Notes under the pieces: generated by a model
What the model was told of the DNA's origin: nothing
The model's input: only the letters and a program-made list of their open reading frames with translations
Database searches by the model: none
Translations under genes and position numbers: made by a program
Origin: a bacterium HR35
Lineage (GTDB): Bacteria > Patescibacteriota > Minisyncoccia > UBA6257 > HR35
Length of the DNA: 64,000 bases
NCBI GenBank assembly: GCA_002898235.1
Contig: BEIL01000004.1
Coordinates: 499-64,498, forward strand
Direction: 5' to 3'
Shown here: positions 1 to 7,696 of the stretch, piece after piece
How the letters are laid out: each line of letters opens with the position of its first letter
Position numbering within the stretch: the stretch's first letter is position 1

Positions 1-227
1 TTTTTAACAAGATGTGGTTTTAAGCAATAAATATAAAGTTTATAATTTTTACTTCTTCTTAGAAATCCATTAACTTTAAGTTCAGATAACAAATTTCTAA
101 AAGCATCATTGTCTAATTCAAATTCAAATACAGAATATTGTACTCTCTCGCCATATTTTTCTAAAATTCTTACTAATCTATTTCTAATTTTATTTTCGGA
201 TATATCATAAGATATTATATATCTCAT
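1..227 (-). CDS. cas2: CRISPR-associated endoribonuclease Cas2, N-terminal part only; the gene runs off the window start
   Basis: The reverse strand from the ATG at 225-227 translates MRYIISYDISENKIRNRLVRILEKYGERVQYSVFEFELDNDAFRNLL..., matching the Cas2 N-terminal signature (YDIS...R..v.k.L..yG.RVQySVFEc). There is a 4-nt ATGA start/stop overlap with the cas1 stop. It is absent from the ORF track because the window edge truncates it. Confidence 0.8.
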   Translation of the reverse strand, partial: MRYIISYDISENKIRNRLVRILEKYGERVQYSVFEFELDNDAFRNLLSELKVNGFLRRSKNYKLYIYCLKPHLVK

Positions 228-1204
228 ATTGAACCTCTCATGTTTAATGGGACATAATTTTCTAATTCTCCAATAAGAGTTTTTGCAAGTATTCTTATTT
301 GATATAAAGATAATTCGTTTAATGTTAGTTTCTCTTTAAATTGTTTTATATAGAATTGTTTTTTATACCACCAGTCTAACCATTCCTTAATAAAAAATGC
401 TCTCGGCTTTTTCTTTAAAAAATAAACACCGTAATAATTTTCAAAATCTTCTTTTTTTATCCTTCTATTATTAATAAGATTAAGTACTAATTTATCCACT
501 GCAATTGGTCTGAATTCTTCCATCATATCAAGAGCTAATGACGGTCTTCTGTAGTTTATTTCATGATAAAAACCCATAAAGGGATCTAGGCCAACTAATA
601 AAATATTAGTTATTATTTTTGATACTAATAAAACATAGCCATAACTTAATAAAGAATTTATTTCATCTCTAGGAGGATTTTTCGTTCTATGAATAAAATT
701 AAAATCTTTGTTTTTTATTATTGAAGCAAACTTTAACCAATAAGATTGGGCAATTGTTCCCTCAATGCCTAAAATACTATTTTTTGAATATAACCCATTT
801 AATTCAACTTCTGGTAAATTTGCTTTTTTATCAATAGATTTCAAAACCCAAAGTTGGCTATTTCTTTTACCCATAACTATAGCCTTGGAGAAATTTAAAA
901 CAAAATTTAAATCTAATCTTTTTTTATATTGTGATTCTCTTAAAAAAATATTTTTACTGTTACCACTAAAATATGATCCATAATATTTGCCGTTTTTATT
1001 TATAAAGTAAATAGGTATTTTTAATTTAGAACACAGCTTCAAAAAACTAGGCTTTATATTATTATCTATATGCAAAATAATATCCTGAATTAAATTTGAT
1101 GGTAAAGTTTTTATTAAATCTTTTTTATTATAAATTCTAAATTGAAAATTATTTGCCGCAACTGTTTTATCTTTTTCCAAAATAACTAAAGTTTTTTTAT
1201 CCAT
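224..1204 (-). CDS. cas1: CRISPR-associated integrase Cas1
   Basis: The 326-aa product contains GLDPFMGFYHEINYRRPSLALDMMEEFRP, the conserved Cas1 active-site block (GLDP..G.lH....gR.SL..DlME.FR). It lies between cas4 and cas2 on the same strand. Confidence 0.9.
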   Translation of the reverse strand: MDKKTLVILEKDKTVAANNFQFRIYNKKDLIKTLPSNLIQDIILHIDNNIKPSFLKLCSKLKIPIYFINKNGKYYGSYFSGNSKNIFLRESQYKKRLDLNFVLNFSKAIVMGKRNSQLWVLKSIDKKANLPEVELNGLYSKNSILGIEGTIAQSYWLKFASIIKNKDFNFIHRTKNPPRDEINSLLSYGYVLLVSKIITNILLVGLDPFMGFYHEINYRRPSLALDMMEEFRPIAVDKLVLNLINNRRIKKEDFENYYGVYFLKKKPRAFFIKEWLDWWYKKQFYIKQFKEKLTLNELSLYQIRILAKTLIGELENYVPLNMRGSI

Positions 1205-1223
1205 TTTTAATATTATCTTTAAG

Positions 1224-1814
1224 TTAATGATAAATCATCGAAGGTATACTGTCTACATAAAAGTAAGAACATCCCTTTTTCTTACATCCGTTTATTTTAT
1301 TATTAAAATCAATATTTTTTATTAATTCTCTAAATTCATTAATTTTTTTAACGGCATAATCTTTCAGAAATTTATTGATTATTACTTTTTTTCTTTTGTT
1401 AATTTTGTAAAAATATATATAACCAAAATCAATTTCTTTTTTTAGCATCTCTTCTAGACATAGAGACTGTAAGGTTAATTGTATTTTATGGAAAAAGTTT
1501 ATTCGTGGGTAACCAGCTTTATATTCAATAGGGATTGTTAAGTTTTTATTGACTTCAACTAAATCACAAAAACCAAAAATTTTATATTTGTGATTAAAAA
1601 CTAACATATTCTTCAATTGTTTCTTATTTTCTCTATATTTGATGTTAATCTTATTTAAATTCTTATGATACAATGAACCTTCATATAAAAAAATATTATT
1701 ATCATCATTTTCCCAACCTAAAAGCATATATAATCCTGCTTTAGGACAATAACAGTATTCTGCTATTGTTTTTATTGGCAAATAATTATCTACAAAAAAT
1801 TTAATTTCTAACAT
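1224..1814 (-). CDS. cas4: Cas4 RecB-family exonuclease. The track ORF 1224..1859 begins at a TTG, and the likely true start is the ATG at 1812-1814 (MLEIKFFVDNYL...).
   Basis: It has an N-terminal Cys cluster (CYCPK), a DLVE motif, an EYK (ExK) nuclease motif, and a C-terminal GCKKKGC cysteine pair, which is the usual Cas4 layout of one N-terminal and three C-terminal Cys plus RecB motifs II/III. The 45-nt upstream extension of the track ORF is a GC hairpin, which is unlikely to be coding. Confidence 0.75.
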   Translation of the reverse strand: MLEIKFFVDNYLPIKTIAEYCYCPKAGLYMLLGWENDDNNIFLYEGSLYHKNLNKINIKYRENKKQLKNMLVFNHKYKIFGFCDLVEVNKNLTIPIEYKAGYPRINFFHKIQLTLQSLCLEEMLKKEIDFGYIYFYKINKRKKVIINKFLKDYAVKKINEFRELIKNIDFNNKINGCKKKGCSYFYVDSIPSMIYH

Positions 1815-1827
1815 TTTAATCCGAAAT

Positions 1828-1857
1828 GAAAACCCCGCCTTACGTGGCGAGGTTTTC
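1828..1857 (-). terminator. GC-rich hairpin immediately upstream of the cas4 ATG. It is either an intrinsic terminator/attenuator between effector and adaptation genes, or part of a small RNA.
   Basis: On the minus strand it reads gaaaacctcgcc-acgtaa-ggcggggttttc, then atttcgg. That is an 11-12 bp stem with one mismatch and a 6-nt loop, followed by a U-rich tract. It sits between the effector stop (2032) and cas4. Confidence 0.45.
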
Positions 1858-1890
1858 AACCTTCCTTTTACAATCTATACTCTTTTTGCA

Positions 1891-1967
1891 ACCGGTTTTT
1901 GCCGGTGACCGGTTTTTTGCCGGTGACTGACTGAGGTTGCTAAAACCAAACTAACCCAACCTCAGTC
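1891..1967. repeat. Intergenic structured element: two direct copies of accggttttt(t)gccggtg followed by a perfect 11-bp-stem hairpin (gactgaggttg / caacctcagtc at 1929-1939 and 1957-1967)
   Basis: Read directly from the sequence. It is unusually GC-rich for this genome and lies between the Cas12-like gene and cas4, which makes it a candidate small RNA (for example a tracrRNA-like transcript) or a terminator cluster. Confidence 0.4.
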
Positions 1968-2031
1968 AATCATATTAATTATAGCACAAAAAATATAAAA
2001 AATCAATGCTTGCCTTTTTAATAAAAATTAT

Positions 2032-4488
2032 CTAAAAATCGTACTTTCTTGCTATATTTATTGCTCCAACTACATCCGCCTCTTCTTCATATCCACATTT
2101 TAAACATTTAAATTTATCTCTACTAATTCTGGGAGTAACTGTCTTAAAATATTCTAAGGCTTCTTTTAAATTATTTTGCTCAATTAGTTCTTTAATTTCG
2201 TCTAATTTAATATTTTTAGGATATTTGTTTAAATAACAAACCCAATGTTCTGGTAAATTTATTTGTAAACTACCAATTAAAAATTTTTTATTATCCAAAT
2301 CTATAGATTTTTCTTTTATCAAATTTTCAAATTGTTTTAAAGTTAAACCATCTAATATCTTCCTTTTAATATCTGCATTGAAGTTAAACTCACAATTTGG
2401 ACAAATAATTGATGTATCTTTTGGATCTACAAATTTTAATAAATATTTTTTAGGTAAATTAGCATATTGTAAGGCTAACTCAAGAAACTTTTCAATTTTT
2501 CTATAAACCCGCTTAGCAATAATTTTTTCTTCTTTGCCAAATCCTTTTCTTAAATTTTCCATAACAATTATTGCTGGATAATTACTTAAAATTTTTAAAA
2601 TTTTAGAAATGGATTGATGAAGAATAGTTTCTTGCGTTCTTAAAATCCTATTGCCTATTTTTTTCTTCTTTCTTTTTTTATGTAATTCTTCAAGTTTTTC
2701 AGCAAATTCTTTACCTAAAATGCCTTTTTCATTTCCAACCACCTTTTTGTCTTTATCTAAAACCGCATAAGCAATTGGATATTTCTCTCCCCTATCAATC
2801 CCTAAAACATAACTAATTTTATTTTTTATACTATCTTCAATAATATTGGTTATATCTCCGTTGTATTCAAAGGTAATATCAACATAATATTCAAATTTAT
2901 CACCGGGTTTGTTTTTAACTCTTTTCACTCTGGCGTTAGCAGGAAAAAATTTATTTTTAGATTCGCTTAAAAATCCCCATTCTTTATGAAACAATATTCT
3001 TCTTAAATAAGATTTACCGTGATACAACCAAAAATAACAAGAATAAGGATCTTTATCTTTCTCTAAATGACCTGAGATTAATTTGTATTCTTTGGGTTTT
3101 CTTTGTGATTTTTTTCTAGAACCGCCGGTTAATACAATGAAGTAAAAATCTTTATTATGGTCATTTTTTAAACAAAATGCTTTGGTTGAAATACCTAAAG
3201 TTATTCCTAATTGATGTTTTTCTTTTTGATTATCTTTATCGATTTTTAAAATTAAAGCCCCAGCTTTTAAAGGTTTATTATCTTTCCAACCGAAACCAGA
3301 GATTATAAAAGAGTCTTTAACTGGTTTTCCTTTCAAAAATTCTGCTTTAATTTTGGTTATTTCATTATTTATCTCATTTAAAGTTTCTCCTCTTTTTTCT
3401 TCCGGTAGACTAGAAACATATAAAATCTCGGTTAAGAAAAATAGGGTATTAAAGAATTTATTTCTACCCTGCCAATCAAATGGTTTTTTAAATAAATGCT
3501 TTTTTTGTTTTTCTAATTTATTAAATAAAGCTTTAATTATATTTTCTATGGATTCACTGCTTCTTTTTGTAATATACCAATATAAAAATCTATCTTTCAA
3601 CGCACTTGACTTCTTTTTTCTATATTTTAATTTTTTCAAAAGCTGTTCTCCTTTTTCTTGTAAATATTTAGATATTACGTCCTCCTGCTGTTTAATATCA
3701 ATTCTTTCTTTTTTGAGATTATATCTATCCTCAAAGCTATTAAGTAAGTATTTAAGTCTGTCTTTAAATTCTTCTTTAACTTTTTTAATATTAAATTCTA
3801 AATTATTTCTATTTTTAAAATCATCAAGATTTTGGTATTTTTCTATCAAAGGAAACGAGGGTAGTCTTTTTAAATTAGAGATAGGCCTTTTCTTTTTCAG
3901 ATTTCTTTCTTTATTAATTTCAGCGATAAGAGTATTAAATTCTTCAGTTAAATTTTTTGCTGTTTGCCAGGTCTCATAATTTTGAATACTTAATTTTTTA
4001 TATTCTTCTATTAAACCTTGAATTAAAGTTTTTTCTGAATCGTCTAAATCTTTTCTTTCTAAAATTTTTCCAACTAATCTTTTATTATCATAGAAAGCTT
4101 TTTGCGTATTAGTTACAAAACTATTAAGTACAGATGATATTTCTGTTCTAATTCCTTCTTCAACTTTTGAAGTTAAAATCTTATAGGTATTTTTAAATTT
4201 TTCAAATCTTTTTTTATTTTTATAAATCCAATCATAACCTAATTTTTTGTTAATAAATAAATTTAATTCGCCTGCCTTAAATTCCTCGTATAAATCTTTT
4301 AAATGTAAATATTTTATTTCAGAAATTTCTTCAAACCACTTATCTAAAATTTCTCTATCTTCTCCTTTGGGAAATATTCTAAAAGAAACGGTTCTAGATA
4401 AATTTTTAGGCAACAAGATGGTTTCATAAGCACTTCTTAAATCTTTTATTACTTGAAGAAATTTTATTTTATCTTTATTCTGGGTCAT
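2032..4488 (-). CDS. cas12: Compact type V CRISPR effector of the Cas12 family (818 aa); subtype unassigned
   Basis: RuvC-I is VLGIDRGEKYPIAYAVLD (D565, codon 2794-2796). It is followed by an Arg/Lys-rich bridge-helix-like segment. RuvC-II is AIIVMENLRKGFG (E644). A split zinc ribbon is formed by CPNC (C696/C699) and CLKC (C795/C798). RuvC-III is EADVVGAINIARKYDF (D805). An N-terminal SRTVSFRIFPKGED block resembles the Cas12a WED-I motif (SKTLRFELiPqGKT). The gene sits immediately upstream of cas4-cas1-cas2 on the same strand. Confidence 0.8.
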   Translation of the reverse strand: MTQNKDKIKFLQVIKDLRSAYETILLPKNLSRTVSFRIFPKGEDREILDKWFEEISEIKYLHLKDLYEEFKAGELNLFINKKLGYDWIYKNKKRFEKFKNTYKILTSKVEEGIRTEISSVLNSFVTNTQKAFYDNKRLVGKILERKDLDDSEKTLIQGLIEEYKKLSIQNYETWQTAKNLTEEFNTLIAEINKERNLKKKRPISNLKRLPSFPLIEKYQNLDDFKNRNNLEFNIKKVKEEFKDRLKYLLNSFEDRYNLKKERIDIKQQEDVISKYLQEKGEQLLKKLKYRKKKSSALKDRFLYWYITKRSSESIENIIKALFNKLEKQKKHLFKKPFDWQGRNKFFNTLFFLTEILYVSSLPEEKRGETLNEINNEITKIKAEFLKGKPVKDSFIISGFGWKDNKPLKAGALILKIDKDNQKEKHQLGITLGISTKAFCLKNDHNKDFYFIVLTGGSRKKSQRKPKEYKLISGHLEKDKDPYSCYFWLYHGKSYLRRILFHKEWGFLSESKNKFFPANARVKRVKNKPGDKFEYYVDITFEYNGDITNIIEDSIKNKISYVLGIDRGEKYPIAYAVLDKDKKVVGNEKGILGKEFAEKLEELHKKRKKKKIGNRILRTQETILHQSISKILKILSNYPAIIVMENLRKGFGKEEKIIAKRVYRKIEKFLELALQYANLPKKYLLKFVDPKDTSIICPNCEFNFNADIKRKILDGLTLKQFENLIKEKSIDLDNKKFLIGSLQINLPEHWVCYLNKYPKNIKLDEIKELIEQNNLKEALEYFKTVTPRISRDKFKCLKCGYEEEADVVGAINIARKYDF

Positions 4489-4986
4489 ATATCTTTATTT
4501 TACCAAAAATTTGCTTATTTTATCATAAGATCCTTTATTTAAAATAAAAAAAATTTTAAGATTTTATTTATCGAAACTAAATTTTAATTTAAAATTTACC
4601 TTTTTTAAACTTTACCTAAAACAACTGCGTTGTTTATTTTACTGTTTTTGATAGATTATGAATTATAATAAACTTATGGAGCTTGAAAAGATACATTGTG
4701 TACCGTGTGAGGGAGGGGTGCTGGCGTTGAGTGATGAAAAAGATAGATAAAATTTTAGAGTAAAAACTTTTTTATTTCTCAATTACTTCTTTTAAAACAA
4801 TAGCATTATTGTGGTCAGTATCTTTGGCTGAAAAAAGGAGGGTAAGTGTTTTGTGTTTCTTTTCTAATTTTTTGATTTGATTAATTAAATTTTTCTTCTC
4901 TTTTAGTTCTTGTTTGTATTTCTTTTTGAATTCTTGTATCAATTATTTCTATCAATTTTTAATCCCAGCTATTTTAATTATAAAAT

Positions 4987-6150
4987 TTAATCTCTAAAAG
5001 CTAAATTAAGAAATATTAATGATATCAGAATTAAAAAACCTCCGTAAAGAAAAGCATAAGTAAAATTTAATTTTGTCCAAATTAAACCGCCAATTAAACC
5101 ACCAAAAAGTTGGCCAAAACCATATAAAGAATTTAAAGTACCCTGAGCTGTGGCTAAATATTCTTGAGAAATATTTTTGCCTAAATACACCATTTTTATT
5201 CCATCAATTAAAGCTAAACTTAAAGAAAGCAAAATAATTGCTGGTATGATTAAAAAATTATTAGTAATAGAAAAAATTAAAAAAGATAAAAGAGCAAAAA
5301 TAAATCCAAGTTTTAGCATTAATTTTTCTCCATATTTATCAGCTAATCTGCCAATTGGAAAAGCAAAAATAACAAAGAATAAATTAAAGATAAAATAAAA
5401 AAGAGGCAGTGTTTTTAAACTTGAATCAATTGTTTGAATTCTTAAAAGAATAAGTGAAAGAGGAAAATAGCCTAAAGAAAATAAAAAGAATGAAAATAGA
5501 TAAAGTTTTAAATTTGATGGGAAAATTTTTAAATCGAAGATAAATTTTTTGTTTTTTGAATAATTGTCTTTTTTATCTTCAACAAAAACAAAAGTTAAAA
5601 TTGCTAAAAAACCCAAAACTGAGGCAATTAAAAATAATAATTTGTAATTTAAACCTAAGAAATAATTCAGAAGAATAAAACCAACAAGAGGTCCTAAAAT
5701 TGCTCCAATTGTATCAAAAGCCCTGTGGAAATTGTATGATTTATTTAATTCCTCTTTTTCTGAAGATAAATAAATTAAAGCATCTCGAGGTGCATCACGC
5801 AGACCTTTCCCTACTCTATCTAAAATTCTCAAACCCAAAACTTGCCAAAAACTATTAACTAAATAAAGAAAAAATCTTGTTGAAGCTGAAATTGAATAAC
5901 CAAGAACTGCTAAAATTTTTCTTCGATTAAGATAATCTGCTAATCTGCCTGAAAAAATTTTTAAAATATTATTTAGAGCTTCTGCAAAACCTTCTAAAAA
6001 ACCAACAAACCAAATGGGCGCACCTAAAACTCTGGTTAAAAAAGCAGGCATAACTGAATAAACCATCTCACTTGAAAAATCATTAAACAAACTCACTAAA
6101 CTTAAATAAAAAACATTTTTATCCACTCCTAAAATTTTCTTTTTATTCAT
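4987..6150 (-). CDS. MFS-family transporter
   Basis: 387 aa with about 12 predicted TM segments and an MFS-like loop GRLADYLNRRK / GRLADKYGEK (two G-R-x-x-D-R/K motifs). Confidence 0.65.
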   Translation of the reverse strand: MNKKKILGVDKNVFYLSLVSLFNDFSSEMVYSVMPAFLTRVLGAPIWFVGFLEGFAEALNNILKIFSGRLADYLNRRKILAVLGYSISASTRFFLYLVNSFWQVLGLRILDRVGKGLRDAPRDALIYLSSEKEELNKSYNFHRAFDTIGAILGPLVGFILLNYFLGLNYKLLFLIASVLGFLAILTFVFVEDKKDNYSKNKKFIFDLKIFPSNLKLYLFSFFLFSLGYFPLSLILLRIQTIDSSLKTLPLFYFIFNLFFVIFAFPIGRLADKYGEKLMLKLGFIFALLSFLIFSITNNFLIIPAIILLSLSLALIDGIKMVYLGKNISQEYLATAQGTLNSLYGFGQLFGGLIGGLIWTKLNFTYAFLYGGFLILISLIFLNLAFRD

Positions 6151-6520
6151 TTTTTCTAAACTTTTTCAAGCTATCTAAAAATATTCCAAGAGCTAAAATT
6201 AAAAGGACAAGATCGCGAATAGCTATATCATTATAAAGGCCAAGAGTAAAAATAACTCCTAAAAGATGAAAAATTGCTAAAGCTGAGAAAATTAGAGGAT
6301 AAATATTAAAAATTAAACCTAAGCCAACAATTAAATTAAAAGTGCCATTGATTCTGAAAAAATTTTCTGAAGCAATAAAAGTTAAAAATTTAGGTAAATA
6401 AGCAGTCCAATAACCTGGATTTAAAATTTGCCACACCCCAAAAACAAAAAACACAAAACCTAAAGCAAAAGAATAAAGATTAAATTTCATTATTTTAAAT
6501 TTTACCAATTTTTGCAGCAT
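6143..6520 (-). CDS. Small integral membrane protein
   Basis: 125 aa, hydrophobic throughout, overlapping the upstream and downstream membrane-protein genes. Confidence 0.35.
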   Translation of the reverse strand: MLQKLVKFKIMKFNLYSFALGFVFFVFGVWQILNPGYWTAYLPKFLTFIASENFFRINGTFNLIVGLGLIFNIYPLIFSALAIFHLLGVIFTLGLYNDIAIRDLVLLILALGIFLDSLKKFRKNE

Positions 6521-6933
6521 TCGAAAAGTTTTTGAAGTATTGATTGGAGATTTTGTTTTTTAGAAAAGATATAAATTAAACCGAAAATTATCCACAAAAA
6601 TAAAAGAAAATATAAAACATAAAAATTAATATTTTTGACTAAAAGAAAATAAGCAAAAGCAAATAAAGTTAAAATAAATGGCAGTTTAAAAATTCTAAGT
6701 TTTTCTTTTAAAAGATTAAAAATTCCTGAAACTGTTCCGCCAATTAAAAGAGATAGAATGATTTGATTCTTAAAATAACCAAAATAATATAAAATCAAAA
6801 ATAGAAGCCAAGCTAAAGAAATTGCTCCACAAACAGCACAAATATTTTTCTTAAAGATTGAATTAAAAAACAAAACCAAAATAAAAAATATTGGAATTGA
6901 AAGAAAAATTATAAAAACTTCATCGATAAACAT
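6502..6933 (-). CDS. Integral membrane protein
   Basis: 143 aa, about 4 TM helices, with a CAVCG motif. Confidence 0.35.
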   Translation of the reverse strand: MFIDEVFIIFLSIPIFFILVLFFNSIFKKNICAVCGAISLAWLLFLILYYFGYFKNQIILSLLIGGTVSGIFNLLKEKLRIFKLPFILTLFAFAYFLLVKNINFYVLYFLLFLWIIFGLIYIFSKKQNLQSILQKLFECCKNW

Positions 6934-6940
6934 CTTTTCT

Positions 6941-7387
6941 GTGTATTCACGGACTTTTTCGGACTTAACACGGACTTTACGGACAACACTGACTCAATCG
7001 GACTGAACACAGACTTATCGGACATGTTCATTTTGTCAGTTCTGTCCGTGTATGGTCCGTGTTCAGTCTGTGTATTCACGGACTTTTTCGGACTTAACAC
7101 GAACTTTACGGACAACACTGACTTAATCGGGCTAGACACAGACTTATCGAATATGTTTATCTTGTCCGTTCTGTCCGTGTATGGTCCGTGTTCAGTCTGT
7201 GTATTCACGGACTTTTTCGGACTTAACACGGACTTTACGGACAACACTGACTTAATCGGACTGGACACTAGCTGTTCGGACTGATTAACCGACCAAATCA
7301 GACTTAATACAGACTAATCGGACTTATCGTTATCTTGTCAGTTCTGTCCGTGTATAGTCCATACCTGTCCGTGTATAGTCCGTGTTA
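6941..7387. repeat. GC-rich tandem repeat: two near-identical 129-bp units (6941-7069, 7070-7198) plus a diverged and extended third unit
   Basis: Direct reading: gtgtattcacggactttttcggacttaacacggactttacggacaacactgac... recurs with a few substitutions. Each unit is built from cggac/gtccg words at roughly 10-20 bp spacing and contains the inverted pair gtccgtg...cacggac. GC content is far above the local background. Confidence 0.85.
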
Positions 7388-7696
7388 TTATAACAATAAT
7401 TGAAAAATTATTGAAATCAAAATCATTAAAAGAAAATTAATTATCAATCCTTGATAAGGAAAAATTTTGCCTTGCCGAAGCTGAATAATTTTTTTACTAA
7501 TTGAAGGTGAAATTAAAATTATAATTCCGCCAATAATTGAACCAAGTAAAAATTTATCATAAACATAAGTTCGATTAAATAAACTTCCATAATCACCAAA
7601 CAAATAAAGATAAAAAGAACCAGTTTCATAGAAATAAAGTTTTAAAGGAAGAACAATTGAAAAAAAAGAAATAAGAATTGAAGCACAATCTATAAT
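7388..7696 (-). CDS. Possible small membrane protein. The track ORF 7388..7801 extends N-terminally through the structured RNA, and that extension (MIQKRFALDSSPEAHSPRSADAHTSAGMSLRRNRF) is probably not translated.
   Basis: Only the C-terminal ~100 aa are hydrophobic and protein-like. The first ~35 codons coincide with the GC-rich hairpin RNA. Confidence 0.25.
   Translation of the reverse strand: MIDCASILISFFSIVLPLKLYFYETGSFYLYLFGDYGSLFNRTYVYDKFLLGSIIGGIIILISPSISKKIIQLRQGKIFPYQGLIINFLLMILISIIFQLLL

Noticed and set aside
1815-1859. N-terminal 15 codons of the Cas4 track ORF (starting at TTG 1857-1859)
   Set aside because: This stretch is exactly the GC hairpin plus U-tract. A downstream ATG (1812-1814) gives a Cas4 of normal length, so the extension is more likely an RNA structure than coding sequence.
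3353-3979. Track ORFs 3353..3979(+), 4247..4429(+), 765..983(+), 5177..5398(+), 9940..10155(+), 12256..12501(-), 14016..14225(+), 15264..15467(+), 16862..17056(+), 17080..17289(+), 17898..18086(+), 18699..18923(+), 23062..23289(+), 24305..24505(+), 25757..25961, 26847..27035(-), 33828..34399(-), 48544..48729(+), 63464..63658(+)
   Set aside because: All lie antisense to, or inside, much longer well-supported genes. They have low-complexity Leu/Phe/Ser-rich translations typical of antisense AT-rich DNA and were treated as spurious.
4676-4750. GC-rich segment tggagcttgaaaagatacattgtgtaccgtgtgagggaggggtgctggcg as a tracrRNA or other ncRNA upstream of the effector
   Set aside because: It reads cleanly as a 24-codon ORF, MELEKIHCVPCEGGVLALSDEKDR, resembling the N-terminus of a truncated protein. 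It has no convincing stem-loop structure and, with the array unseen, no anti-repeat can be evaluated. It is kept only as a gene-remnant note.
6909-7284. Track ORFs 6909..7268(-) and 7024..7284(+) as genes for repetitive proteins
   Set aside because: Both are translations of the 129-bp tandem repeat on opposite strands, and both read equally well. Their codon composition is GC-rich and atypical for the genome. A non-coding repeat is more likely.
6941-7387. Possible CRISPR array for the nearby cas genes
   Set aside because: The repeat unit is 129 bp and consecutive units are near-identical across their whole length. There are no unique spacer-sized segments between short repeats. It is also 2.5 kb from the cas operon, on the far side of an MFS transporter gene. 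It is a tandem satellite-like repeat and not a repeat-spacer array.
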